A DNA stretch of 64,000 bases from contig OZ245046.1 of assembly GCA_965224245.1 (NCBI GenBank), forward strand, positions 2,976,001 to 3,040,000, in the 5' to 3' direction. Below the pieces are notes generated by a model, which worked only from the letters and a program-made list of their open reading frames with translations, did not search any database and had not been told where the DNA came from. Position 1 is the first letter of the stretch, and each line of letters begins with the position of its first letter. The translations under genes and the position numbers were made by a program. Below are positions 29,872 to 39,318 of this stretch, piece by piece. Origin of the DNA: Candidatus Eiseniibacteriota bacterium (GTDB lineage: Bacteria > Eisenbacteria > RBG-16-71-46 > CAZAMP01).

Positions 29872-30996
29872 TTAGCCGACGCGGGAGACGTTCGCAACAT
29901 ATCTTTCGCGCAAATGCCCGGCGATGCGTGACGAGGCCTTCCCATCCCACAACCGGGGCATCGGGGTTTCGACGCCGGGATGAACCACTGCCCGCTCGAT
30001 CCCCTGCCGGATGCGAGACGGGTCGGTCCCCACGAGCTGATTGGTCCCTTCGTATATGGTGATCGGCCGTTCGGTGCTTTCCCTGACCGTTACGCACGGA
30101 ACCCGGAGATACGTGGTCTCCTCCTGGATGCCGCCGGAGTCGGTGATCACCAGTCGTGCGTCACGGGTGAGCCTGAGAAAGCTGTGATAGCCCTCCGGCT
30201 CCACCACCCGGAGGTCGCCGGCGGCCTCGATCAGGTCGTCGAACGGCGCGAGGCGCGCGCGCGTCCGCGGGTGCACCGGCAGCAGCACCGGAAGCTCGGC
30301 GGACAGCCGCGCGAGCTCTCCCAGGATTCCGGCCAGCACGTCCGGATCGTCCACGTTCGACGGTCGATGGAGCGTGCAGAGCGCGTAGCGTCCGGCCTCG
30401 AGGCCCAGACGCGTCAGCACGTCGTCCGCCTCGGCGGCCGGGAGGTGCCGGATCAGGGAGTCGATCATGACGTTGCCCACGAACGCGATCCGCGCGGCGT
30501 CGATGCCCTCGGCCAGGAGGTTCGGGGCCGCGTCCTCGCAGGACGTGTAGAGCCAGTCCGAGATCTGGTCGGTCAGGACGCGGTTGATCTCCTCGGGCAT
30601 CGAGCGGTCGCCGCTGCGGAGCCCGGCCTCGACGTGAACGACGTCGATTCCGGCGCGCTGGGCGACCAGTGCGCACGCGAGGGTCGAGTTGACGTCCCCG
30701 ACCACCAGCACGACGTCGGGGGCGAAACGGGTCAGAGCGGATTCGAACGCGACCATGATCGCCGCCGTCTGCCGCGCGTGCGTGTCGGATCCGACCTCGA
30801 GGTTCAGGTCGGGCTCTGGCAGGCCCAGCTGGTCCAGGAACACCTGGGACATCCGGCGATCGTAGTGCTGACCGGTATGCACGACGATGGGCTGGACTCG
30901 GTCCAGGCGCGAGAGCTCGGCATGGATGGGCGCGATCTTCATGAAGTTCGGTCGCGCGCCGGCGACGAGCACGATGCGGACGTTGTGATCGGACAC
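29872..30996 (-). CDS. wecB: UDP-N-acetylglucosamine 2-epimerase (non-hydrolysing)
   Basis: GARPNFMKIAP, HTGQHYD, HVEAGLRS, MPEEINR, TDSGGIQEET, TERP. Confidence 0.94.
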   Translation of the reverse strand: MSDHNVRIVLVAGARPNFMKIAPIHAELSRLDRVQPIVVHTGQHYDRRMSQVFLDQLGLPEPDLNLEVGSDTHARQTAAIMVAFESALTRFAPDVVLVVGDVNSTLACALVAQRAGIDVVHVEAGLRSGDRSMPEEINRVLTDQISDWLYTSCEDAAPNLLAEGIDAARIAFVGNVMIDSLIRHLPAAEADDVLTRLGLEAGRYALCTLHRPSNVDDPDVLAGILGELARLSAELPVLLPVHPRTRARLAPFDDLIEAAGDLRVVEPEGYHSFLRLTRDARLVITDSGGIQEETTYLRVPCVTVRESTERPITIYEGTNQLVGTDPSRIRQGIERAVVHPGVETPMPRLWDGKASSRIAGHLRERYVANVSRVG

Positions 30997-31000
30997 GACC

Positions 31001-31456
31001 CTATCCCTCACGCAGTGACCAGTCGTAGGGGACCTCGTCGGACCTCGGCGCCACCCGGAACTCGTCGGGCTCGTCGTAGTTGTAGGGCTCGGTCGGGATG
31101 TTGATCAGGTACGCCGGCTCGGCCGAGATGCCCTTCATGCCATGCAGCACGAGAGGAGGGATCGTGACCAGCGTCGGGTTCTGCTCGCCGAGAAAGAACT
31201 CGGCGACGTCCCCGTGCGTCGGGGAGTCGGGGCGGCGATCGTACAGCACCACCTTGGCCATTCCCTTGACGATCACGAAGTGATCGGTCTGGATCGTGTG
31301 ATAGTGCCACCCCTTGACGACCCCGGGGTTGACGACGCTCAGGTATACCTGCCCGAACTTCTGGAAGAACGGATCGTCGCAGCGCAGCATCTCCATCAGG
31401 AACCCCCGCTCGTCGGGGATCACCTTGAGTCGTTTCGTATTGACGCCGTCAATCAC
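31001..31456 (-). CDS. dTDP-4-dehydrorhamnose 3,5-epimerase family (RmlC-like cupin)
   Basis: DERGFLMEM, GVVKGWHYH, IPPLVLHG. Confidence 0.85.
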   Translation of the reverse strand: MIDGVNTKRLKVIPDERGFLMEMLRCDDPFFQKFGQVYLSVVNPGVVKGWHYHTIQTDHFVIVKGMAKVVLYDRRPDSPTHGDVAEFFLGEQNPTLVTIPPLVLHGMKGISAEPAYLINIPTEPYNYDEPDEFRVAPRSDEVPYDWSLREG

Positions 31457-32771
31457 CGCGCGGCACTCCGCGTCCGATGCCGATGTGCGTGAAGCCGAGC
31501 TCGGCCATCACCGAGGGCTCGTAGATGTTCTTGCAGTCGACGAGAATGGGCGTTCTCATGATGCGGTGGATCGCCTGAAGGTCGAGGTGGCGGAACTCGT
31601 TCCACTCGGTGGCGATCACCAGCGCATCGGCGCCCACGGCCACGTCCTCGGCCCGGCGACACGCGGAGAAGATGGAGCCGAGCTCGAGCGCCGCGTTCTC
31701 GGTGGCCACCGGATCGAACGCCTTCACCTCGGCGCCGTCCGCGTGCATGGCCCGGATCACGTCCAGCGCGACCGACTCGCGCACGTCGTCGGTGCCCGGC
31801 TTGAACGACAGTCCCAGGACGCCGACCACCTTGCCCTTCGCCGCGCCGAGCGCCTCCTTGAGCCGCGCGATGACCCGCCGCCGCTGCTCCACGTTGACCC
31901 GGATGGTGGCCTCGACCAGCTCCATCGGGTAGCCGTACTGGCGGCTGAAGAAGGCGAGCGCCCGGGTGTCCTTGGGAAAGCACGAACCGCCGTAGCCGGC
32001 GCCGGCGTGCAGGAACTTGTTGCCGATGCGCCGATCCAGGCCCATCCCACGCTCGACGACCTTGATGTCGGCGCCCACCACGTCGCAGAGGTTGGCGATG
32101 CTGTTGATGAACGAGATCTTCGTGGCGAGAAACGCGTTGGCCGCGTACTTGATCAGCTCGGCGCTCTGCACGGTGGTGCGGATCATCGGGGTCTCGTTCA
32201 GGAACAGCGGCCGGTACAGGTCCGAGAGCCGCTCCTCGGCCCGCGGGCTCCACGTTCCGATGACCACCCGATCGGGGCGCATGAAGTTCTCGACCGCCGA
32301 CCCCTCGCGCAGGAACTCCGGATTGGAGGCGACGTCGAACGGGACCGGCGAGGGCAGATTCTCCTCGATGATCTTCTTCACGCGCTGCCCGGTGCCGACG
32401 GGCACCGTGCTCTTCTGAACGACGACCTTGTACCGCGTGATGTTCCTGGCCACCTGGGCGGCGACTCCGAGGACCTGAGAGAGATCGGCCTCGCCGGAGT
32501 CGGTCATCGGCGTACCCACCGTGATGAACACGATGTCGTTGTCACGAACGGCCTGGTCCAGCTCGTTCGTGAAGTGTAGCCGTCCCTCGGCCAGCCCCTT
32601 TCGCAGCAACCCTTCGAGGCCGAACTCGTAGAACGGGACCTTGCCGGCGCGCAGGACCTCGAGCTTGTCCACGTCGTTGTCGACGCACGTCACCTGGTTT
32701 CCGAAGTCAGCCAGGCAAGCCCCCGTCACGAGTCCCACATACCCCGTGCCGACTACACAGACTTTTTGCAT
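31449..32771 (-). CDS. ugd: UDP-glucose/GDP-mannose 6-dehydrogenase
   Basis: GTGYVGL, KSTVPVGT, SNPEFLREG, GYGGSCFPKD, FKPGTDDVRES. Confidence 0.93.
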   Translation of the reverse strand: MQKVCVVGTGYVGLVTGACLADFGNQVTCVDNDVDKLEVLRAGKVPFYEFGLEGLLRKGLAEGRLHFTNELDQAVRDNDIVFITVGTPMTDSGEADLSQVLGVAAQVARNITRYKVVVQKSTVPVGTGQRVKKIIEENLPSPVPFDVASNPEFLREGSAVENFMRPDRVVIGTWSPRAEERLSDLYRPLFLNETPMIRTTVQSAELIKYAANAFLATKISFINSIANLCDVVGADIKVVERGMGLDRRIGNKFLHAGAGYGGSCFPKDTRALAFFSRQYGYPMELVEATIRVNVEQRRRVIARLKEALGAAKGKVVGVLGLSFKPGTDDVRESVALDVIRAMHADGAEVKAFDPVATENAALELGSIFSACRRAEDVAVGADALVIATEWNEFRHLDLQAIHRIMRTPILVDCKNIYEPSVMAELGFTHIGIGRGVPRGD

Positions 32772-32831
32772 GGCGCTGGAGCTCCACTTTGTCCCGCCGC
32801 GCGGGATTGCGCGGAGGAAACGAACCCGGGG

Positions 32832-32861
32832 ACTTTACTTCCCCGGGCTCGGGGCGGTCAA
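32832..32861 (-). promoter_or_regulatory. sigma70-type promoter of the ugd operon
   Basis: TTGACC-N18-TAAAGT. Confidence 0.5.
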
Positions 32862-33007
32862 AACTTCCCCGGCGCCGGACGGTGCGCGCGCGTGCCCTTT
32901 TCTGTCATCGGCGCACCGCGAGGTGATCCAAACCCCTCGATCGGGCTTCGGTCCCGCCGGCGGCGGCGTGGGAGCCGGCCCCGAGACGCCGGGCGTCGGG
33001 TCCGGCC

Positions 33008-34693
33008 TCAGTCGTCCACCCGAACGGGGGTCGACTGGACGCCGGCGGAGTCCCGTGCGGCGCGCGCCCTCAGGAACGCCTGGATCGCATCCGGATCGCG
33101 AGGATCGGGCACCCGTGGCACGACGCCGGCGCTGTCGCTCCGTCCGGGTACGGTGGCCCGGGCTCCCGCGGTCTCGCGCGCCGCGTCGTCCACCGGAGAC
33201 CCCGTGGCCCCGGCCGGTCCATCGGCTCCTTCGGTCGGGTCGCCGGGGTCGGAGGCGTCCGGCACGGGCTCGATCAGGTCCATGGCCCCCTCGGGGATCC
33301 GGTCCGCGAGCCCCTGCGCGATCAGGTACTCGCCGGCCTGCACGGCCTGCTCGGTGCCGGGATACACGTGGAGGATGCGCTCGAAGGACGCCACGATCGA
33401 GTCGGGCGCCGCGTCCCGGGCGCGATGGATCCACGCGCGCGCGAACGCGGCACGCGCCGCCACATCCGAGCCGGCGAACAGGCTCTCGACGCGCGCGTAC
33501 TGCTGAAGCGACCGCAGCGTGTCGGCGTCCTGGAAGAGAAACTGCTCGGCCAGCAGGAACGCGCCCTCTGCATCCACGTCGACGCCGCCCTGGGCGTCCC
33601 GGGTCGTGATGCCGGCCGACACGAGCGGTCGGAGGCGAGCCACGCGCGACTCCGCCTGCTCCGCGAAGACCGATCGCGCCCCGCGCAGGGCCAGCATCTC
33701 GTCGTAGGTGGCCAGCGCCGTCTCGTACTCGCCGTAGCGCATCTCCTGGATGAAGCCGATGCGGAAGAGCGCCTCGCCCGCGTACACGGTGCCCGCGTAG
33801 GTCTCCGCGATCACCCGGTAGTCCGCGATCGCCGCCTCGTGATCACCGAGCTCGCTCCGACACTCGGCGATCTTGAGCTCGATCGGCGCCCGCTTCTCCC
33901 GCGAGAGATCCCGCCCCACGTCGAGCGCCGTGCGATAGGTCTCGAGCCCATCGGCGATCCGGCCGGCTCGGAACAGCGCGTCCCCGGACAGCACGCGCGC
34001 GTCGAGACGGACCTCGAAGGCATCGGCCGTGCGCGTGACCTCGTCGAAGGCCACGTACGCGCTGTCGAACCGCTCGGCCTGCATGTAGAGCTCGCCGAGC
34101 TCCAGAAGCGTCTCCACCCGCTCGCGGTTGCCGGGGTGGCGCTCGATCAGACGCCGGTACGTGACGAGGGCCTCGTCGATCTGATCGGCATCCATGAAGG
34201 CCTTCGCCTCGACGCGAAGGATCTCGGCCTCGCGCGAGGGGGGAATGCCTTCGGCGCGGAGCTGCTGGAAGGTCCGCTTGCCCTCCTCGATGCGACCCAT
34301 GCGGTAGTACGTCACGCCCGCCCAGAACGTCGCCTCCTGTCGGAGGTTGGTGTCGGGATAGCGCTCGACGAGGGCGCGGAACTTGTCGAGCGCCTCGGGA
34401 TAGACGCGCTTGCCGAAGTACGCGCGTCCCATCAGGAGGATGGCGTCGTCCACCCACCGCGATCCGGCGTGACGCTGGATGACCTTGTTGCACTTCTCGA
34501 TCGTCAGGTCGTACTCGGTGACCGCGGAGCCGGCGACCGTCTCGTCGCCGGGGGGGCGCGACTCCTGGATGCGCTCGGCCTTGTCGAAGTGCGCCTGCGC
34601 GTTGTAGAACGTGTTGAAGTACGCGCAGCCGGACACGAGCGCGATCAGGCCGAGCGCTCCGACGACGAGATCAGACCATCGCGTGCTGCTCAC
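33008..34693 (-). CDS. TPR-repeat lipoprotein (BamD/SprE-like architecture)
   Basis: Lipobox VSGC followed by AYFNTFYNA; SRWVDDAILLMGRAYF; multiple TPRs. Confidence 0.8.
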   Translation of the reverse strand: MSSTRWSDLVVGALGLIALVSGCAYFNTFYNAQAHFDKAERIQESRPPGDETVAGSAVTEYDLTIEKCNKVIQRHAGSRWVDDAILLMGRAYFGKRVYPEALDKFRALVERYPDTNLRQEATFWAGVTYYRMGRIEEGKRTFQQLRAEGIPPSREAEILRVEAKAFMDADQIDEALVTYRRLIERHPGNRERVETLLELGELYMQAERFDSAYVAFDEVTRTADAFEVRLDARVLSGDALFRAGRIADGLETYRTALDVGRDLSREKRAPIELKIAECRSELGDHEAAIADYRVIAETYAGTVYAGEALFRIGFIQEMRYGEYETALATYDEMLALRGARSVFAEQAESRVARLRPLVSAGITTRDAQGGVDVDAEGAFLLAEQFLFQDADTLRSLQQYARVESLFAGSDVAARAAFARAWIHRARDAAPDSIVASFERILHVYPGTEQAVQAGEYLIAQGLADRIPEGAMDLIEPVPDASDPGDPTEGADGPAGATGSPVDDAARETAGARATVPGRSDSAGVVPRVPDPRDPDAIQAFLRARAARDSAGVQSTPVRVDD

Positions 34694-35984
34694 GTGCGAA
34701 CGTGACCTTTCCGTTGACGACCGTCAGGATGGCGCGGCCCCGGAGCGAGCGCCCGTAGAACGGCGTGTTCGAGGAGCGCGAGAACACGTCCTCGGGGGAC
34801 ACCACCCAGCCCAGCGTCGGGTTCCACACGGTCACCGAGCAGCTCTCGTCGATGGCCAGCCGGTCCCCACCCAGGCCCAGGATCCGGCGCGGGTGGATCG
34901 ACAGCTTTCGGACCACGTCGGCCTCGCTCAGCACGCCGCGCTCCATCAGCTCGGTGACCGTCAGCCCCAGGGCGGTCTCGAGACCCAGGATGCCGAACGG
35001 TGCCCGATCGAACTCCGCCTCCTTCTCCTCGGGGGTGTGCGGGGCGTGGTCGGTGGCGATCGCATCCAGCGTGCCGTCGGCGAGCCCCTCGATGACGGCG
35101 GCGACGTCGTCGGCCGTCCGGAGCGGAGGGTTCATCTTGGCGTCGGTCCGGTAGCCGATCACCGCGTCCTCGGTCAGCGTGAAGTGATGCGGCGTCGCCT
35201 CGGCGGTCACGCGCACCCCTCGGGTCTTCGCCCGCCGGATCGCCTCGACCGACCCGCGCGTCGAGACGTGGCAGATGTGGAGCGCGCATCCGGTCAGGCG
35301 CGAGACGAGGATGTCGCGCACCACGCCGAGCTCCTCGGCCTCGCCCGGCACGCCCTTCAGTCCCAGGCGCAGCGACAGTGCGCCCTCGTTCATGACGCCG
35401 CCGTCGGAGAGCGACAGATCCTCGGCGTGTGAGATGATCGGCCTGTCCAGCGATGCGGCGTACTCCATCGCGCGCCGGAGCAGGTTCGAGTCGCTGACCG
35501 GAAAGCCGTCGTCGGAGAAGCCGACGGCGCCGCCCTCGACCAGCTCGGCCATCTCCGAGAGCGCCTCGCCCTTCTGGCCCTTGGTGATCGCCGCGATCAC
35601 GTGCACGTCGGTGTGCGCGCGCTCGGCCAGCGTCAGGACGCGCTCCAGCCCCCCGATGGTGTCGATCGGTGGAACCGTGTTCGGCATGCACGCCACCGCG
35701 GTGAAGCCGCCCGACGCCGCGGCCAGCGTTCCGGTCTCGATCGTCTCCTTGTGCTCCTGGCCGGGCTCGCGCAGGTGCACGTGCATGTCGACGAACCCGG
35801 GACTGATGATGCACCCGGAGATGTCCAGCGTAGGTACGTCGGCGTTGATCGAGAGCGTCGGGGACGCCGCGCGCAGGCGTCCGTCCTCGACGTAGACGTC
35901 GCACGGGCCTTCACCCAGACCGAGGGGATCCACCACGCGACCGCCGCGCAGTACGAACGTCGTCCGGCCCTGCCATTCGTTCAT
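34671..35984 (-). CDS. pyrC: Dihydroorotase
   Basis: PGFVDMHVHLREPG, MPNT, SDDG, HICHVST, KMNPPLR, ATDHAPH. Confidence 0.95.
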   Translation of the reverse strand: MNEWQGRTTFVLRGGRVVDPLGLGEGPCDVYVEDGRLRAASPTLSINADVPTLDISGCIISPGFVDMHVHLREPGQEHKETIETGTLAAASGGFTAVACMPNTVPPIDTIGGLERVLTLAERAHTDVHVIAAITKGQKGEALSEMAELVEGGAVGFSDDGFPVSDSNLLRRAMEYAASLDRPIISHAEDLSLSDGGVMNEGALSLRLGLKGVPGEAEELGVVRDILVSRLTGCALHICHVSTRGSVEAIRRAKTRGVRVTAEATPHHFTLTEDAVIGYRTDAKMNPPLRTADDVAAVIEGLADGTLDAIATDHAPHTPEEKEAEFDRAPFGILGLETALGLTVTELMERGVLSEADVVRKLSIHPRRILGLGGDRLAIDESCSVTVWNPTLGWVVSPEDVFSRSSNTPFYGRSLRGRAILTVVNGKVTFAREQHAMV

Positions 35985-35998
35985 CGCTTCATGTCCTT

Positions 35999-36955
35999 TC
36001 ACGACGCCTCGACCTCGGCCACGACGCGCTTGGTTTCCTCGGCCTTCAGTCCGCTCAGGAGATACAGCACCGCCATCCGAACCGCCACGCCGTTTCGGAC
36101 CTGATCGAGAATGACCGAGTACGGACCGTCGGCCACCTCGGGCTCCAGCTCGACGCCGCGATTGATCGGGCCGGGATGCATGATGACCGGCGAGTGCGAG
36201 AGCTTGGCCAGACGGGCACGCGTGATCCCGTAGGAGCGCGCGTACTCCCGCACGGTCGGGACGTATCCGCCGTGCATGCGCTCGAACTGGATGCGGAGCG
36301 TCATGATGACGTCCGCCCCGGCGATCGCCGCGTCGAGGTCGGTGACCCGTTCCACGCCCATCGACTCGATCTCGCGGGGCAGGAGCGTGGCGGGACCGCA
36401 CACGGTGACGTTGGCCCCGAGCTTCGTGAGCCCCCAGATGTTCGAACGCGCGACCCGGCTGTGGAGGATGTCGCCGATGATCGTCACGTTCAACCCCTCG
36501 AACTCGCCGACGCGCTCCCCGATCGTGAACAGATCCAGCAGGCCCTGCGTGGGGTGCTCGTGCGTTCCGTCACCGGCGTTCACGACCGCCGATCGGAGAT
36601 GGCGCGCGAGGTAGTGCGGCGCGCCGCTCATTCCGTGGCGGATCACGACCATGTCGATCTCCATGGCCTCCAGGTTGCGCACGGTGTCGCGCAGCGTCTC
36701 GCCCTTGGAGACCGACGACATCGTGGAGCTGAAGTTCACGACGTCGGCCGACAGTCGCTTCTCGGCCAGCTCGAACGAGATCCGGGTGCGCGTGGAGGAC
36801 TCGTAGAAGAGGTTCACCACGGTGCGATTGCGCAGCGCGGGCACCTTCTTCACCGGACGATCCAGAACCTCTCGAAATGCTTGCGCGGAGTTGAGGATGC
36901 TCAGGATGTCCTCCCGAGTCAGATCCTCCAGCCCCAAGAGGTGCTTCTGCTCCAT
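35999..36955 (-). CDS. pyrB: Aspartate carbamoyltransferase catalytic subunit
   Basis: FYESSTRTRISF, HEHPTQGLLD, HSRVARS, MHPGPINRG. Confidence 0.97.
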   Translation of the reverse strand: MEQKHLLGLEDLTREDILSILNSAQAFREVLDRPVKKVPALRNRTVVNLFYESSTRTRISFELAEKRLSADVVNFSSTMSSVSKGETLRDTVRNLEAMEIDMVVIRHGMSGAPHYLARHLRSAVVNAGDGTHEHPTQGLLDLFTIGERVGEFEGLNVTIIGDILHSRVARSNIWGLTKLGANVTVCGPATLLPREIESMGVERVTDLDAAIAGADVIMTLRIQFERMHGGYVPTVREYARSYGITRARLAKLSHSPVIMHPGPINRGVELEPEVADGPYSVILDQVRNGVAVRMAVLYLLSGLKAEETKRVVAEVEAS

Positions 36956-36957
36956 GA

Positions 36958-37503
36958 CTAGTCCATCTCCCGGATGTAGACCGCGTCCTGTCCGTCGATC
37001 TCCTCGAGCTTGACCGAGATGACCTCGCGTCGCGCCGTCGGCACGTTCTTGCCCACGAAGTCGGCCTTGATCGGCAGCTCGCGATGGCCGCGGTCGACCA
37101 GGACCGCGAGCTGAATGGCCTGCGGACGGCCGTAGTCGATGATCGCGTCGAGCGCCGAACGCACCGTGCGCCCCGTGTACAGGACGTCGTCGACCAGGAC
37201 CACGACCATGTCCTCGAGATCGAACATGATGTCGGTGGTGCTCAGCACCGGCTGGTGCGCGATCTTCTCCAGGTCGTCGCGATAGAAGGTGATGTCGAGG
37301 CTTCCGATCGGAAGCTCGACGCCCTCGAACTTCGCGATCTGATCGCGAAGCCGCTCGGCCAGCGGAACACCGCGCCGCCGGATCCCGACGAGCGCGACCC
37401 GATCGGTGCCCTTGTTCCGCTCGACGATCTCGTGCGCGATGCGCACGGTCATGCGCGCCATCTCCTTGGCGTCGATGATCAGGGCCTTCTCTTTCAGGTG
37501 CAC
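36958..37503 (-). CDS. pyrR: Bifunctional pyr operon regulator/uracil phosphoribosyltransferase PyrR
   Basis: [38 protein letters not shown]. Confidence 0.97.
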   Translation of the reverse strand: MHLKEKALIIDAKEMARMTVRIAHEIVERNKGTDRVALVGIRRRGVPLAERLRDQIAKFEGVELPIGSLDITFYRDDLEKIAHQPVLSTTDIMFDLEDMVVVLVDDVLYTGRTVRSALDAIIDYGRPQAIQLAVLVDRGHRELPIKADFVGKNVPTARREVISVKLEEIDGQDAVYIREMD

Positions 37504-37604
37504 GTGGGGTCTCCGTCCTCGGACCGGTGGGATGCCAGAGGACGCGCGGGGCCGAGCCGGGTCCCGCGCCGGCGCGGCGGGGATCTCCCGTCGGCGCCGA
37601 CGTG

Positions 37605-37640
37605 CGTCCTTTCCGACCTCACCGGATCGGGTTAAAGGAC
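37605..37640 (-). promoter_or_regulatory. PyrR-binding RNA stem-loop in the pyr leader
   Basis: GUCCUUUAA-CCCGAUCCGGUGAGGUCGG-AAAGGAC matches the CUUUAA..UCCNGNGAGG..AAAG binding-loop consensus; directly upstream of pyrR. Confidence 0.85.
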
Positions 37641-37965
37641 CGTCGTTCGATGACGCGACGACTCTATCACAGTCGCGCGCCGTCCCGGCGATCCGTTTTC
37701 GTCACCGTGTGGCCAGCGACGGGGGGTTCCGTCACCCACGGACCGGACTGTCGCGATGTTCCGACACACAGCTGGGACCGAGGCGCCACCGGTCGGTGGA
37801 TACGAGGTTCCCACCCGTAATCGATTTCGACAGCACCACATACGACGATCGGCGGGGGTGGCGGGTACGCGTGTATCCCCTCGTCCGGCGAGGGCGCCCG
37901 GATGCGTGAATACGGTCGACCGGCTATGACGTGCCCCGCGAGCAAGTTACCGGCGGCGACGAATC

Positions 37966-37980
37966 TGGCACACGCATTGC
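37966..37980 (+). promoter_or_regulatory. sigma54 (-24/-12) promoter
   Basis: TGGCAC-ACGCA-TTGC, matching TGGCAC-N5-TTGC; predicted TSS about 37992. Confidence 0.75.
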
Positions 37981-37991
37981 GTTATGACAGG

Positions 37992-38406
37992 CGCGTGTGG
38001 ATGGGTGGTGTGGATGTGTTAGGCAAAGCCCCGGAATGGACGCGGATGGAGCGCCGGGCGCGAGTGGGAGAAAAGAGCACGGGTCGAGGGAGTTCCGCGC
38101 TCGATGTTCCAGTCGTTTCCATTCCGGTGGCGGCGCCTTCTCTGACGGATGTGCGGAAAGCTCTCGCACGGCGACTACGACACCCGACGAGTGGCTGCCC
38201 GGTTCTGTGAGGCTCCCCCGACTGCTGGATGGTGCCCAGTCCGACTCCGCCTGGTTGCCGGGATGTCACTCTCGCTCGACACGTCGATCTCGCGACCAGG
38301 CGTCCGCGAACGCGAGAGCTTTCCCTTTCGAGTTGAAGGTGGGGCCGACCTCTCGGGCTGATGTTTTGGGAGGGGCGGTCTTGGGGGCCGGCCTTCACCT
38401 TCTTTT
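37992..38406 (+). ncRNA. Candidate structured non-coding RNA (about 415 nt), family unknown
   Basis: Bounded by a sigma54 promoter and a hairpin with U-tract; perfect 10-bp (38031-40/38118-27) and 13-bp (38155-67/38312-24) inverted repeats with nested stems; no convincing ORF. Confidence 0.55.
38335..38406 (+). terminator. Hairpin with U-tract (plus-strand terminator)
   Basis: GAAGGTGGGGCCG...CGGCCTTCACCTTC followed by TTTT. Confidence 0.6.
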
Positions 38407-38486
38407 CCCCGAACTCACCACCGACGCCGTCCGACTCTCGCCGCCATCACCGCCACCACCGCGCGTCACGCCGACTCTCACGCACG

Positions 38487-39278
38487 TCACGAGCCCGGCC
38501 TCGCCGCGGGCGCCGCCATCGTCCGTCCCAGTGTCTTCAAGGACTTGAGGCCCCGATACCGCTCCACGTGGTGGGCAATGAAACGCTCCAGAACGCCGGC
38601 CACCTCCGTGGCTGCCGGACGCATCTCGGCCGAGTACGCCCGGGCCACCTCGAGGGCGCGAGCACGCAGGAGAAACCGGAACACGCCGGCGGCCTCGGAC
38701 GACATCGCGTCGGCGGGCGTTCCACTGGACACGCAGGCCGCGCACACGAAGCCGCCGGCGGCGGCCGAGAACAGGCGCGCGGCGCCGGCATCGCCCTCGC
38801 ACACGGCACAGCTCTCGAGCTCGGGCAGGATCCCGAAGCGCGCGCATGCACGCGCCTGAAACCCGCGAAACGTCACCGCGGCGCGCGCTCCGGTGGTCGC
38901 GGCCAGCACCGACAGCGTCTCGGCGAGATCGGCGTAGACGGCGGGCTCGGCATCGTCCTCGGCCAGGAGCAGGTCACACAGCTCGAGCGCGGCGGACGCG
39001 TAGAAGTAGCGCGTGAGATCGCTCTCGAGGCCGTCGTGGTAGTGCAGCACGTCGGCGTGCGCGGCGAGCTGGAGCTCGCGATCGGGGCGATGGTAGTAAA
39101 TCAGCTCGATCTCGCGAAACGGCTCCAGCGCACCCGTGCACGGGTTCCTCGGGGTGCGATAGCCCTTCGAGATGACCCTGAGCTTGCCGACGTCCTCGCC
39201 GAAGAGCACCGCGATTCGGCTCGTGTCGCCGAACGGGATCCGCTTCAGGAGATAGGCTCTCGTCCGGCGTAGCGCCAT
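38487..39278 (-). CDS. recO: DNA repair protein RecO
   Basis: FGDTSRIAVLF, GKLRVISKG, LEPF, CAVC..CAAC zinc motif, LKSL. Confidence 0.9.
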   Translation of the reverse strand: MALRRTRAYLLKRIPFGDTSRIAVLFGEDVGKLRVISKGYRTPRNPCTGALEPFREIELIYYHRPDRELQLAAHADVLHYHDGLESDLTRYFYASAALELCDLLLAEDDAEPAVYADLAETLSVLAATTGARAAVTFRGFQARACARFGILPELESCAVCEGDAGAARLFSAAAGGFVCAACVSSGTPADAMSSEAAGVFRFLLRARALEVARAYSAEMRPAATEVAGVLERFIAHHVERYRGLKSLKTLGRTMAAPAARPGS

Positions 39279-39318
39279 CGTGGGAATCCGGGGTTTCGGA
39301 CCATCGACCGCGAGCGGG

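Noticed and set aside
29690-30190. Lower-GC patch as a horizontally acquired insert
   Set aside because: Short, explained by a promoter-containing intergenic region and the wecB 3' end; no mobility genes or flanking repeats.
37992-38406. RNase P, tmRNA, c-di-GMP-I riboswitch or tRNA identity for the structured region
   Set aside because: No GAGGAAAGUCC, no tRNA-like ends with CCA, and no GGCAAAC..GAAA..GACGCAAAG arrangement. A 6S-like identity for 38155-38324 cannot be excluded without cmscan.
37902-38548. Small ORFs in the pyrR-recO gap (37902..38210, 37997..38548, 38149..38361)
   Set aside because: No recognisable motifs or clear RBS; one starts upstream of the predicted TSS and another crosses the terminator. 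Kept only as an alternative hypothesis.
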